A stretch of 61,564 bases of DNA. Origin: a virus. Lineage: Duplodnaviria > Caudoviricetes. The position numbers and the translations under genes were made by a program. Shown here piece after piece: positions 17,563-26,150 of the stretch (position 1 is the first letter of the stretch; each line of letters opens with the position of its first letter). The stretch spans positions 1 through 61,564 of IMG/VR virus record IMGVR_UViG_3300042507_004218, one strand, 5' to 3'. The notes beneath the pieces were generated by a model. That model worked only from the letters and a program-made list of their open reading frames with translations, did no database searches and was not told the origin of the DNA.

Positions 17563-17801
17563 AGAGACTGAGCTACTACCCGGCCCGTGCCGCAGTGAAG
17601 ATCACAAGCATCGTCCTCATCTCGCAGATCATGGTGGAGATGGGCGGGCCTGTATCGCGCAAGCCAGAGTTCTGGTGGGTCATTTATGCGTGCGCCGGAG
17701 CATTTGTCCTGTCCGCGCTCTACGCGATTGCGGTCGTCGTGCGGAATGCATGGGTGGAATACTGCGACGCCATCAAGGCGGTGGAAGGAGAAACCAAATG
17801 A
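17559..17801 (+). CDS. Hypothetical membrane protein
   Basis: Two hydrophobic segments; ends DAIKAVE like the previous gene. Confidence 0.6.
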   Translation: MKRLSYYPARAAVKITSIVLISQIMVEMGGPVSRKPEFWWVIYACAGAFVLSALYAIAVVVRNAWVEYCDAIKAVEGETK

Positions 17802-17917
17802 AACGCGAGTACGTTATTTCTATTGACTCAAGCAGGGGCTCATCAGTGTTGGGGCGCTTGGTGCGCGCGCTGCTGTTTTGGCCCCGTTGGATTCTGACCG
17901 GAAAGGCTGAGCTATGA
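17798..17917 (+). CDS. Small hypothetical protein
   Basis: AAGGAG RBS, ATGA overlaps. Confidence 0.5.
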   Translation: MKREYVISIDSSRGSSVLGRLVRALLFWPRWILTGKAEL

Positions 17918-18183
17918 ACCGAGATGACATCATCCGCATGGCGCATGAAGCAGGCTGGTCTGGTGTCTTCGTCATTGAATGGGCCAAACAGCCTGACGAG
18001 CATCCAGTGGAGAAAAGCCTGCCCGTGCCGGTGACGATGGAGCAGATTGAACGCTTCTTCCGCGCAGCCTACGCTGCCGGCGCCGCTGCCGAGCGCGAGG
18101 CGTGTGCGAAGATAGTAGAAACGCATCAATGTACGGGCTGGGGCATTCTTAGTGCCGCCATCCGCGCAAGGAGCAAGGAATGA
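17914..18183 (+). CDS. Hypothetical protein (EREACA...AIRAR family)
   Basis: MNRDDIIRMAHEAG...AEREACAK...AAIRARS. Confidence 0.7.
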   Translation: MNRDDIIRMAHEAGWSGVFVIEWAKQPDEHPVEKSLPVPVTMEQIERFFRAAYAAGAAAEREACAKIVETHQCTGWGILSAAIRARSKE

Positions 18184-18386
18184 ACCTACAAGTGGAGTTG
18201 ACCAAGTTGCTCATAGAGAGCTACGACCGTGGCGTCAAGGACGCAACGCAAGCCGCGATTGAAAGCTTCCAGGAGGCCATGCGTTTGGAGCGCGAGGCGT
18301 GTGCCCAAATTGCCGACGCCGAGGCCAGCATCGAGGGCATAGCGCAGCGCATAGCTGCCGCCATCCGCGCAAGGGGGAACACATGA
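18180..18386 (+). CDS. Hypothetical protein (EREACA...AIRAR family)
   Basis: LEREACAQIA...AAAIRARGNT. Confidence 0.65.
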   Translation: MNLQVELTKLLIESYDRGVKDATQAAIESFQEAMRLEREACAQIADAEASIEGIAQRIAAAIRARGNT

Positions 18387-18715
18387 ACGAACCGACCAGA
18401 GAACAAGTAAGAAGTCTGACAACGCAAGCAGTCCGCATGACTGTGGACGATTTTGCAATCAATGGGTTTGCCATCCCGAAGGATATTGAGGCAAACATCA
18501 CCGAAAAATACGAGTTTATCTACTACCTTGTGAAGTTTGCACAGGAGCAGGAGCGTGAACGCATCATTTCCGTAGCACAGTCTCGCCTAGACCACGAAAG
18601 AAGCGCCCTGGCGCACAACCTCTATCGGTGGCACGCCGCAAGCGAATGGCACCAAGCGAGGTGCGGCGGCATGGAGGACATGCTTGCCGCCATCCGCGCA
18701 AGGGGAAACACATGA
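18383..18715 (+). CDS. Hypothetical protein (ERERII...AIRAR family)
   Basis: QERERII...LAAIRARGNT; ATGA overlaps. Confidence 0.65.
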   Translation: MNEPTREQVRSLTTQAVRMTVDDFAINGFAIPKDIEANITEKYEFIYYLVKFAQEQERERIISVAQSRLDHERSALAHNLYRWHAASEWHQARCGGMEDMLAAIRARGNT

Positions 18716-18930
18716 ACAACACCGAAATCTTCAGCGTAGCCGAGCGCATGGCGAGCCATTACGTATCTGGCTATTGCTTCGACCACGCAGACATTGCTGC
18801 GTTTGCACGATGGGCAGCGGGGCAGGAACGCGAACGCATCATTCAGTTCCTGCAAGAAATGCAGCGGCAGGCTGGAGACGCGCACAACCACTACGGGCAC
18901 GCTGCGGTACGGATCAAGGAGGGTGTATGA
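18712..18930 (+). CDS. Hypothetical protein
   Basis: QERERII motif; ATGA overlaps. Confidence 0.6.
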   Translation: MNNTEIFSVAERMASHYVSGYCFDHADIAAFARWAAGQERERIIQFLQEMQRQAGDAHNHYGHAAVRIKEGV

Positions 18931-19106
18931 ACACCGTGCTTGTCTGGGTGCTGGTCACTTTTGGTGGATCCAGCAGTAGCGCCCTTGTGTATAGTCCTCC
19001 CATGCCAGATAAGGCGATGTGCGAGCAACTGCAGAAGAGCATTGTTGAAACTCGAAATCAGTTCTACATGCGCTGCGTTCAAATCAGAATGGTGGTGATC
19101 AAATGA
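18927..19106 (+). CDS. Small exported/membrane protein
   Basis: Hydrophobic N-terminus, two Cys, AGGAGG RBS. Confidence 0.6.
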   Translation: MNTVLVWVLVTFGGSSSSALVYSPPMPDKAMCEQLQKSIVETRNQFYMRCVQIRMVVIK

Positions 19107-19426
19107 GCGACAGGGAAATGCTGGAGTTTGCTGCGAAGGCGGCGGGGATTGATCTTCAGGAAACTGAAGATGGCTTCGAAGCGGATTTTGATGATTCTAG
19201 AGTATGGAACCCCCTCGCCGACGACGGCGATGCGTTGCGACTGATGGTATCTATAGGCATCAGAGATTACTTTGGTCTTGAGGTACAAAAACACTGCGTT
19301 CAAGCAACTTGTTTTGAGCCGTGGGAGCACTGCGAGTATGAGGAGTACAAAAACCAAGACCCCCTCGCCGCCACCCGCCGCGCTATCGTCAGGGCTGCGG
19401 CAGAAATTGGGAGGCAGATGCCATGA
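19103..19426 (+). CDS. Hypothetical phage protein
   Basis: DREMLEFAAKAAG...WNPLADDGDALRL...ATRRAIVRAAAEIG, a common phage family pattern. Confidence 0.75.
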   Translation: MSDREMLEFAAKAAGIDLQETEDGFEADFDDSRVWNPLADDGDALRLMVSIGIRDYFGLEVQKHCVQATCFEPWEHCEYEEYKNQDPLAATRRAIVRAAAEIGRQMP

Positions 19427-19572
19427 CCCGCGAACAATACCTCAACATCCTGATGCTGCTTAATGTTATGGAGGCACTAATGCAGGCGCACAAAACGCCC
19501 TTCCCTCCCTATCTCATCGGGAGCCTGGATGAGGCCGTGAAAATATTGCGCGAGGAAATCCTGAAAGAATGA
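19423..19572 (+). CDS. Small hypothetical protein
   Basis: GGAGG RBS, ATGA overlaps, 49 aa. Confidence 0.55.
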   Translation: MTREQYLNILMLLNVMEALMQAHKTPFPPYLIGSLDEAVKILREEILKE

Positions 19573-19799
19573 AATGCCCCCACTGCACCCGTGACGGCAA
19601 GAGCCAAGTGCTGGAGAGCCGCCCCGCTGACGGGCAGATCTGGCGCAGGCGCCTGTGTAAACTGTGCCTGAAGACTTTCGTCTCCTGCGAAACCGCTGAA
19701 CCCGGCATGACCATGCCTACGCAGACGCAGTCGCGGCACAGGCTCAAGGATCGCACCCCCAAACCCGAAGACCGCAACCTCAACTGGAGCAAGAAATGA
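19569..19799 (+). CDS. NrdR-like zinc-ribbon protein (no ATP cone)
   Basis: MKCPHC...SQVLESR...IWRRRLCKLCLKTFVSCE matches the NrdR N-terminal ribbon. Confidence 0.7.
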   Translation: MKCPHCTRDGKSQVLESRPADGQIWRRRLCKLCLKTFVSCETAEPGMTMPTQTQSRHRLKDRTPKPEDRNLNWSKK

Positions 19800-19966
19800 A
19801 CCCCCTCGCTCAAGAACTCAACGCCACGACGCGCACGCTGTCCGCACCCTGGCCGTTTCCTGTTAGCATCACGGCCACCATGACCTACGCCAACAAGCAA
19901 CCGCCTACCCCGCGCCCGCCTACCAAGGCCGAGCGCCTCGACGCCCTACCTCCTGCACTGTTCTGA
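19796..19966 (+). CDS. Small Pro-rich hypothetical protein
   Basis: GGAG RBS, ATGA overlap, 56 aa (APWPFP...PPALF). Confidence 0.55.
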   Translation: MNPLAQELNATTRTLSAPWPFPVSITATMTYANKQPPTPRPPTKAERLDALPPALF

Positions 19967-20116
19967 CGAGCGGCGCAGTTGCTACACAGCGGTTCTAGCC
20001 TCGCAGATGTGAAGCCCCTGTGTACCGTTCGCGTCGCCGCTCGTGGTGAACGAACGTGAACGGACCTCCTTAACCTAGAACTCGCGGGAGGCTAGGAATC
20101 TGCGTTCCCTCCCGCA
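19966..20116 (+). ncRNA. Candidate multi-pseudoknot structured RNA
   Basis: At least five complementary segment pairs in a 150-nt intergenic gap (detailed in findings). Confidence 0.6.
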
Positions 20117-20133
20117 CCTAACAAACACACACC

Positions 20134-20436
20134 ATGGCAAAGACACCAGAAAAACGAGTCAAGGATGCGTGCGTCGAAGTGCTAAAAGCTTTCAACGCGT
20201 ATTACTTCTTCCCCGTCATGGGCGGCTACGGACGCTCCGGTATCCCGGACATCATCGCTTGCTACAAGGGCTACTTCATCGCCATCGAGTGCAAGGCGGG
20301 GTTCAACACAACCACTCAACTACAGGAAAGGGAGCTAAAAGCTATCGCCGCTGCGGGCGGCATCACCCTGGTGATCCGCGAAGACACAATCGATCTGCTC
20401 CGACAGGAGCTTAGGAGAATCAAGTATGGAGAGTGA
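20134..20436 (+). CDS. VRR-NUC domain nuclease (Holliday junction resolvase-like)
   Basis: PEKRVK...GIPDII...FIAIECKA...LQERE...AGG. Confidence 0.85.
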   Translation: MAKTPEKRVKDACVEVLKAFNAYYFFPVMGGYGRSGIPDIIACYKGYFIAIECKAGFNTTTQLQERELKAIAAAGGITLVIREDTIDLLRQELRRIKYGE

Positions 20437-20731
20437 CAAGAACGAACGCGCAGTCGAGTTTATGGCGGGCTCACTGCGACAACTGCTCATGATTATTGAT
20501 AAGCAAGGCGGGGACGCCGAAGAAGTAAAGCATATGCTCTGCCAGAGCCTGTCTTACGTCATGCTGGCCATGTTGGGTGAGAGTGCTTGCGGCGTCTTCG
20601 TCTATCTAGACGAGCACAGCACGCTGCGTATCAACGCGCTGGCCATGCCGCCAGAGGATGCGATGCAGATGTTGCGCCACGCCGCAGATCGCATACAGAA
20701 CCACCTCCCAGAAGCAGGAGAACTGCATTGA
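20426..20731 (+). CDS. Hypothetical protein
   Basis: AGGAG RBS; overlaps both neighbours. Confidence 0.65.
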   Translation: MESDKNERAVEFMAGSLRQLLMIIDKQGGDAEEVKHMLCQSLSYVMLAMLGESACGVFVYLDEHSTLRINALAMPPEDAMQMLRHAADRIQNHLPEAGELH

Positions 20732-22713
20732 GCCAACCCTTCGACACCATCATCGCGCTCGACTTCGAAACGGCCTGGGGCCGCAAGGTGGAGCTGGGCT
20801 TCTCCTGCCAGACCAACGAGGAGTACATCCGTGACCCACGCTTCAAGGCGTGGGGGCTGTCGTGGAAGACCGTGGGCACCGATGAGATCCCCGTGTGGAT
20901 CCGGCACGACCGCATCAAGCGCTGGGCCGCAGGGTTCGACTGGTCCCGCACTGCCGTCGTCTGCCAGAACACCCAGTTCGACGGCACCATCCTGGCGTGG
21001 ATCTACGGCATCCACCCGTGCTTCATGTTCGACACCCTGGCCATGGGCCGCGCCCTGTACGGCGTCGAGGTGGGCAACAGCCTGAAGGCTCTGGCCGAGC
21101 GCTTCGAGCTACCGCCCAAAGGCGACGGGCTGAGCCCGTCGGAGAACGTCCTCGACGATCTGCCCTTCCACGTGGAGCAGACCCTGGCCGACTACTGCAA
21201 GCATGACACGTGGCTGTGCGAGCAGATCTTCCTGCGCATGCTGCCGCAGTTCCCATCCAAGGAGCTACGCCTCATCGACATGACCCTGCGCATGTACACG
21301 CGCCCGCTGCTGCGCCTGGACAGCGAGATGCTGCAGGGCGCCATCGAGGAAGAGCGCACGGCCCGGGAGGGCCTGCTGCAACGCCTGGGTGTGGCCGAGG
21401 CGGCGCTCGCGTCGAACGATCAGTTCGCTGAAGTGCTCAAGACCTTGGGCGTCGATCCGCCCGTCAAGAAGAGCAAGACCACGGGCCAGGAGACCTGGGC
21501 GTTCGCCAAGAATGACGCGCTGTTCCAGGCGCTGGTGAACTCCGACAACGAGGAGGTCGCGCTCCTGTGCGAAGCACGCCTGAAGGTCAAGAGCACCACC
21601 GAGCGCACCCGGGCGCAGCGGTTTCTCGACATCTCCACGCGGGGCAACCTGCCGGTGCCCCTGAGCTACTACGGCGCAGCCACGGGGCGCTGGACGGCCA
21701 GCAAGGGCTCGGCCATCAACATGCAGAACCTCAAGCGCGGAAGCTTCCTGCGCAAGGCCATCATGGCGCCCGAGGGCCACGTGCTGGTGGTCGGAGACCT
21801 GTCGCAGATCGAGCCCCGCGTGCTCGCATGGCTGTCGGACTACGACGACCTGCTCAACATCTTCCGGGCCGGCGGCGACCCCTACGCCCAGTTCGGCGCC
21901 CCGATGTTCGGCATCCCGGGCATGACCAAGGACAGTCATCCGACGCAGCGCCAGAGCGCCAAGAGCGCGCTGTTGGGGGCCGGGTATCAACTGGGCTGGG
22001 CGAGCTTCGCCGCGCAACTTCTGACGGGCTTCCTGGGCGCCCCGCCCAAGCGCTACTCCAAGGACGAGGCCAAGCAGTTGGGCGTGACCGGGGCCGACGT
22101 TCAGAAGTTCCTGTCCTGGGATGAGAACCTCAAGGCCATGGCGGAGATCCCGCACACGTGCTCCGAGCTTGATCTTGCGATCCACTGCCTTGCGGCCAAG
22201 GCCATCATCGACAAGTACCGCGCCACGGCCACGCCGGTCGTGGGCTTCTGGAGCCTGCTCGGGGAGTTGATCGAGCACGCGCTCTACCGGGGCAACGAGT
22301 ACCAGCACAAGTGCCTGACCTTCCGCAAGGAGGAGATCGTCTTGCCAAGCGGCATGAGTCTGAGGTATCCTGACCTCAAGCCAGAGGACGGACCGAAGGG
22401 TCGCGTTCAGTGGACCTATGCCGATGGGCGCAACGGCAAGCGCGCCAAGCTCTACCCCGGCAAGATCTGCAACAACGTGACCCAAGGCACGGCCCGCTGC
22501 GTGATGACGGACGGCATGCTCCGCGTCGCGAAGCGCTACCCGGTGGTGGGTACGGTCCACGACGAGCAGATCGCCGTGGCGCCGGCGGCGGAGAAGGACG
22601 AGGCCAAAACGTGGGTTTTGGCCCAGATGGTTGCGACCCCGTCATACCTGCCGGGGATACCGCTCAACGCAGATGTAGGAGCACATGAGAGATATGGTCT
22701 CGCAAAAGGATGA
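20728..22713 (+). CDS. polA: DNA polymerase family A with 3'-5' exonuclease domain
   Basis: ExoI ALDFET; motif A DLSQIEPRVLAWLS; motif B RQSAKSALLGAGY; motif C TVHDE. Probable TTG start with AGGAG RBS. Confidence 0.92.
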   Translation: MSQPFDTIIALDFETAWGRKVELGFSCQTNEEYIRDPRFKAWGLSWKTVGTDEIPVWIRHDRIKRWAAGFDWSRTAVVCQNTQFDGTILAWIYGIHPCFMFDTLAMGRALYGVEVGNSLKALAERFELPPKGDGLSPSENVLDDLPFHVEQTLADYCKHDTWLCEQIFLRMLPQFPSKELRLIDMTLRMYTRPLLRLDSEMLQGAIEEERTAREGLLQRLGVAEAALASNDQFAEVLKTLGVDPPVKKSKTTGQETWAFAKNDALFQALVNSDNEEVALLCEARLKVKSTTERTRAQRFLDISTRGNLPVPLSYYGAATGRWTASKGSAINMQNLKRGSFLRKAIMAPEGHVLVVGDLSQIEPRVLAWLSDYDDLLNIFRAGGDPYAQFGAPMFGIPGMTKDSHPTQRQSAKSALLGAGYQLGWASFAAQLLTGFLGAPPKRYSKDEAKQLGVTGADVQKFLSWDENLKAMAEIPHTCSELDLAIHCLAAKAIIDKYRATATPVVGFWSLLGELIEHALYRGNEYQHKCLTFRKEEIVLPSGMSLRYPDLKPEDGPKGRVQWTYADGRNGKRAKLYPGKICNNVTQGTARCVMTDGMLRVAKRYPVVGTVHDEQIAVAPAAEKDEAKTWVLAQMVATPSYLPGIPLNADVGAHERYGLAKG

Positions 22714-22942
22714 CATAATTGACTACGCCATGCCGTTGATGAATGTCGAGAGCAGGGCCAGAGAGATCCACGACTTGTGCCTTGAGCACAAGTATGGAGA
22801 AGCCCAGGAAGTAGCACGCTTCCTGAATGCAGAAACGCGTGTGCTCATCCACACGCTACACATCATGGAAGAGAAGGAGCAGCATGCTTATCCCAAAATC
22901 GTTCAAGCTGGGCAACCGCCCGTATCAGGTGCGGGTGACTAA
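22694..22942 (+). CDS. Hypothetical protein
   Basis: Helical ORF overlapping the end of polA; start uncertain. Confidence 0.55.
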   Translation: MVSQKDDIIDYAMPLMNVESRAREIHDLCLEHKYGEAQEVARFLNAETRVLIHTLHIMEEKEQHAYPKIVQAGQPPVSGAGD

Positions 22943-23186
22943 AAGCGTCCGGGGCCCGCGCGGCTCCGTCGGGCGTGTGGACTACAAGTCCCGCACCATC
23001 GACATCGCCGTCCTCAACTACTGGACCGGCGAGAAGCTGCCTGACGCAGAGGTCAGCGATACGTTCTGGCATGAGGTCACGCATGCCATCCTCGAGAACA
23101 TGGACCACCCGCTGTACCGAGACGAACGCTTCGTAACCGCCTTCGCCAACCGGCTCAACGAAGTGGTGTCAACCGCCAAGCTCTAA
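22884..23186 (+). CDS. Small HExxH metallopeptidase-like protein
   Basis: TFWHEVTHAIL followed by a downstream E (DERFV); AAGGAG RBS. Confidence 0.7.
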   Translation: MLIPKSFKLGNRPYQVRVTKSVRGPRGSVGRVDYKSRTIDIAVLNYWTGEKLPDAEVSDTFWHEVTHAILENMDHPLYRDERFVTAFANRLNEVVSTAKL

Positions 23187-23854
23187 TGGAAATCAAGCCC
23201 ATCACGTGGTCACACTCAGCGCTCAAGAAGTACGAGCAGTGCCCGCGCCAATACCACGAAGCGATTGTTCTGAAGAAGTATCCGTTCAAGGATACTCCGC
23301 AGACGATCTACGGCAAAGACCTACACAAAGCTGTGGAGCTTTACGGCAGGGACAACACGCCCCTGCCGCCTCAGTTCGCGTTCGTCCAGCCGGTGGTGGA
23401 CGCGCTGCTCGCCAAGCCTGGGCGCAAGTTGTTCGAGCACGAGATGGGCATCACGCCTGACCTGCGCCCCTGCGCATTCGACTCCAAGGAGCGCTGGGTA
23501 CGGGGCATCGCAGACTTGCTGATCATCGACGACGACAACCTCACGGCGCGAGTCGCGGATTGGAAGACGGGCAGCCACAAGTACCCGGACTTCGACCAGC
23601 TTCGCCTGATGTCGCTGATGGTCTTCGCGCACTTCCCGCACATCCGGCGCGTGAACTCGGCGCTGCTCTTCGTCGTCAAAAACCACATGGCCAAGTACCG
23701 CATGGACAGAGACGATGCCGAAGCAGCTTGGCAAGACTACCGCGAGCGCGTGGCCAAGCTGGAAGGCAGCTTCGCGCATGGCGTGTGGAACCCGAAGCAA
23801 TCGCCGCTCTGCGGCTGGTGCCCGGTGAGAGAGTGTTCATTTCATCCGAATTGA
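23186..23854 (+). CDS. PD-(D/E)XK exonuclease (RecB/Cas4-like)
   Basis: WSHS..CPRQY, RGIADL, VADWKTG, C-terminal CGWCP...C. Confidence 0.88.
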   Translation: MEIKPITWSHSALKKYEQCPRQYHEAIVLKKYPFKDTPQTIYGKDLHKAVELYGRDNTPLPPQFAFVQPVVDALLAKPGRKLFEHEMGITPDLRPCAFDSKERWVRGIADLLIIDDDNLTARVADWKTGSHKYPDFDQLRLMSLMVFAHFPHIRRVNSALLFVVKNHMAKYRMDRDDAEAAWQDYRERVAKLEGSFAHGVWNPKQSPLCGWCPVRECSFHPN

Positions 23855-23862
23855 GGTGTCCC

Positions 23863-24093
23863 ATGGCACGAGATTACCAACGCGAGTACGCGCTCTTCCA
23901 CGGTAAGCCCGAGGAGATCAAGCGCAGGGCTGAGCGCGTCAAAGCGCGTCGGCTCATGGAGAAGACAGGCGCGGCAACCAAGGGCGACGGCAAGGATGTC
24001 GATCACATCCGACCGCTCAAGAACGGCGGCACTTCCGCCAGAAACAACCTACGCATGCGCAGCAAGTCCGCCAATCGAAGCGACAAGCGCTGA
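23863..24093 (+). CDS. Small HNH-like protein
   Basis: KDVDHIRPLKNGG...NLR...ANRS; GAGG RBS. Confidence 0.7.
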   Translation: MARDYQREYALFHGKPEEIKRRAERVKARRLMEKTGAATKGDGKDVDHIRPLKNGGTSARNNLRMRSKSANRSDKR

Positions 24094-24110
24094 ACAACAA
24101 TGGAGCAAGC

Positions 24111-25697
24111 ATGGAAGTAGTAGACAACAAGTTACTGGTATTCAACACACGCAACCCAAGCCGCTACCAACTGATTCCCAAGCATCACGCCGAGCCCATC
24201 CAGGGCGGCTACCGCGTGGCAGTCTGGTGGGGGCTTGACGAAGTCCGGGTGCTCAAGAACCTGGGCGTGAAGAACGTGCCGTCGCCCATCTACGGGCGCT
24301 ACGACTGGCCGGGGCGCTACAAGCCCATGGCCCACCAGAAGGAGACCGCGAGCTTCCTCACGCTCAACCGGCGTGCGTTCGTGCTGAACGACCCGGGCAC
24401 CGGCAAGACCATGGCCGCGCTGTGGGCGGCGGACTACCTGATGAAGCGCGGAGAGGTTCGGCGTTGCCTGATCCTGTGCCCGCTGTCGATCATGCACTCG
24501 GCCTGGATGCAGGACATCGGCAACTCCATCATTCACCGCAGCGCGGTGGTCTGTCACCATTCGAACGCAGCGCGGCGCATCGAGCTGATCCAGCAAGACT
24601 TCGAGTTCGTCATCTCCAACTACGAAGGCGTGGAGATCATCGCGGACGAGATCAAGAATGACGGCAGGTTTGACCTGATCATCGTGGACGAGGCCAACGC
24701 ATACAAGAACCCGCAAACGGCGCGTTGGAAGAAGCTCGCGTCAATCATCAAGCCCGAGACCTACTTGTGGATGATGACCGGCACGCCCGCTGCGCAGTCA
24801 CCGCTCGATGCCTATGGGCTGGCCAAGCTCGTGAACCCCAACGGCGTGCCCAAGTTCTACACGGCATGGCGAGACATGGTCATGCAGAAGATCACCATGT
24901 TCAAGTGGGCGCCCAAGCGCGACGCTGCAGACAAAGTGTTCACTGCCCTGCAGCCCGCCATACGCTACACCAAAGACCAGTGCATGGACCTACCGCCCGT
25001 CGTCACAACGACGCGTGAGGTGCCGCTTACGCCGCAGCAGGCCAAGTACTACAACATGCTGAAGACGGCGATGGTGGCGCAGGCTGCAGGCGAGACGATC
25101 ACGGCAGTCAACGCAGCGGCTGCGTTGAACAAGCTGCTGCAGATCAGTTGCGGCGTGGCCTACACGGACAACCAGGAGACGGTCGAGTTCGACGCTACGC
25201 CTCGCTTGAACGTGCTGCTGGAGGCGCTTGAGCAGACAGAGCGCAAGGTCATCGTGTTCGCGCTGTTCCGCGCAGCCATCTCTACTATCAACAACTTCCT
25301 CAACAAGCGCGGCTACGCTTGCGAGGAGATCCACGGCGGCGTCACGGCCAGCCAGCGGACGGACATCATCAAACGTTTCCAGACCCATCCCACGCCGCGT
25401 GTGCTCGTCATGCAGCCCCAGGCTGCGGCGCACGGCATCACGCTCACGGCAGCGGACACGGTGATCTTCTACGGACCCCTGATGAGCGTGGAGCAGTACA
25501 CCCAGGCCATCGCCCGGGCGGATCGCAAGGGGCAGGACTCGGACAAGGTCACGGTCATCCACATCCAGGGATCGCCCGTGGAGAAGAAGATGTTCGCGGC
25601 GCTCGCGGGCAAGGTGGACGACGCCCGCCTGCTCGTGGACCTGTTCAATGAGGAACTCAAGGAAAGGGGGTTGCCCGACGCCAAGGGCCGTGTGTAA
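24111..25697 (+). CDS. SNF2-family helicase
   Basis: DPGTGKT, IVDEA, MTGTP, HGITLT, QAIARADRKGQ. Confidence 0.92.
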   Translation: MEVVDNKLLVFNTRNPSRYQLIPKHHAEPIQGGYRVAVWWGLDEVRVLKNLGVKNVPSPIYGRYDWPGRYKPMAHQKETASFLTLNRRAFVLNDPGTGKTMAALWAADYLMKRGEVRRCLILCPLSIMHSAWMQDIGNSIIHRSAVVCHHSNAARRIELIQQDFEFVISNYEGVEIIADEIKNDGRFDLIIVDEANAYKNPQTARWKKLASIIKPETYLWMMTGTPAAQSPLDAYGLAKLVNPNGVPKFYTAWRDMVMQKITMFKWAPKRDAADKVFTALQPAIRYTKDQCMDLPPVVTTTREVPLTPQQAKYYNMLKTAMVAQAAGETITAVNAAAALNKLLQISCGVAYTDNQETVEFDATPRLNVLLEALEQTERKVIVFALFRAAISTINNFLNKRGYACEEIHGGVTASQRTDIIKRFQTHPTPRVLVMQPQAAAHGITLTAADTVIFYGPLMSVEQYTQAIARADRKGQDSDKVTVIHIQGSPVEKKMFAALAGKVDDARLLVDLFNEELKERGLPDAKGRV

Positions 25698-25745
25698 AAT
25701 GTTTGACAAGCGGGCCGCAGGACCCGCCCAACCAAAGGAGCAAGC

Positions 25746-26138
25746 ATGGATCAGGAAGAAGTACCGCTGGACAAGCTGGTGCGCATCTACATGAAGATGC
25801 GGACGAAGCTGTCCGAACTTGATGCCGAGGTCGAAGGCATCAAGGAGCAACAGCAGTTGATCAAAACCGAGATCAAAGACCGTATGAGGTCTGTCGGCGC
25901 CAAGTCGATGAAGACCGAATACGGCACTGTGTCGCTGACCGAGAAGACGCGCTACTACACCCAGGACTGGGACTCGTTCAAGCGCTTCGTCATCGAGAAC
26001 GACGCAGTCGATCTGTTGGAGAAGCGCATTGCGCAGACCAACATGAAGCTGTTCTTGCAAGAGAACCCCACACTGGTGCCCCCGGGTCTGAACTCGGACA
26101 CCGAAATCGACGTTTCAATCCGCAAGGCTGCGGCGTAA
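25746..26138 (+). CDS. Conserved replication-module hypothetical protein
   Basis: N-terminal coiled coil, TEYGTV...DWDSF...LLEKRI; AAGGAG RBS. Confidence 0.75.
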   Translation: MDQEEVPLDKLVRIYMKMRTKLSELDAEVEGIKEQQQLIKTEIKDRMRSVGAKSMKTEYGTVSLTEKTRYYTQDWDSFKRFVIENDAVDLLEKRIAQTNMKLFLQENPTLVPPGLNSDTEIDVSIRKAAA

Positions 26139-26150
26139 GGAGCTATCCAC

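Noticed and set aside
15365-19426. Diversity-generating retroelement or shufflon
   Set aside because: No reverse transcriptase, TR/VR pair or site-specific recombinase is seen, and the repeats are short, direct and in-frame.
19963-20050. Hammerhead ribozyme (CTGACGA core)
   Set aside because: No GAAA follows the stem, and the ACGA is itself paired in the long stem.
23186-23854. Cas4 as evidence of a CRISPR system
   Set aside because: It is a stand-alone PD-(D/E)XK exonuclease in a normal phage replication module.
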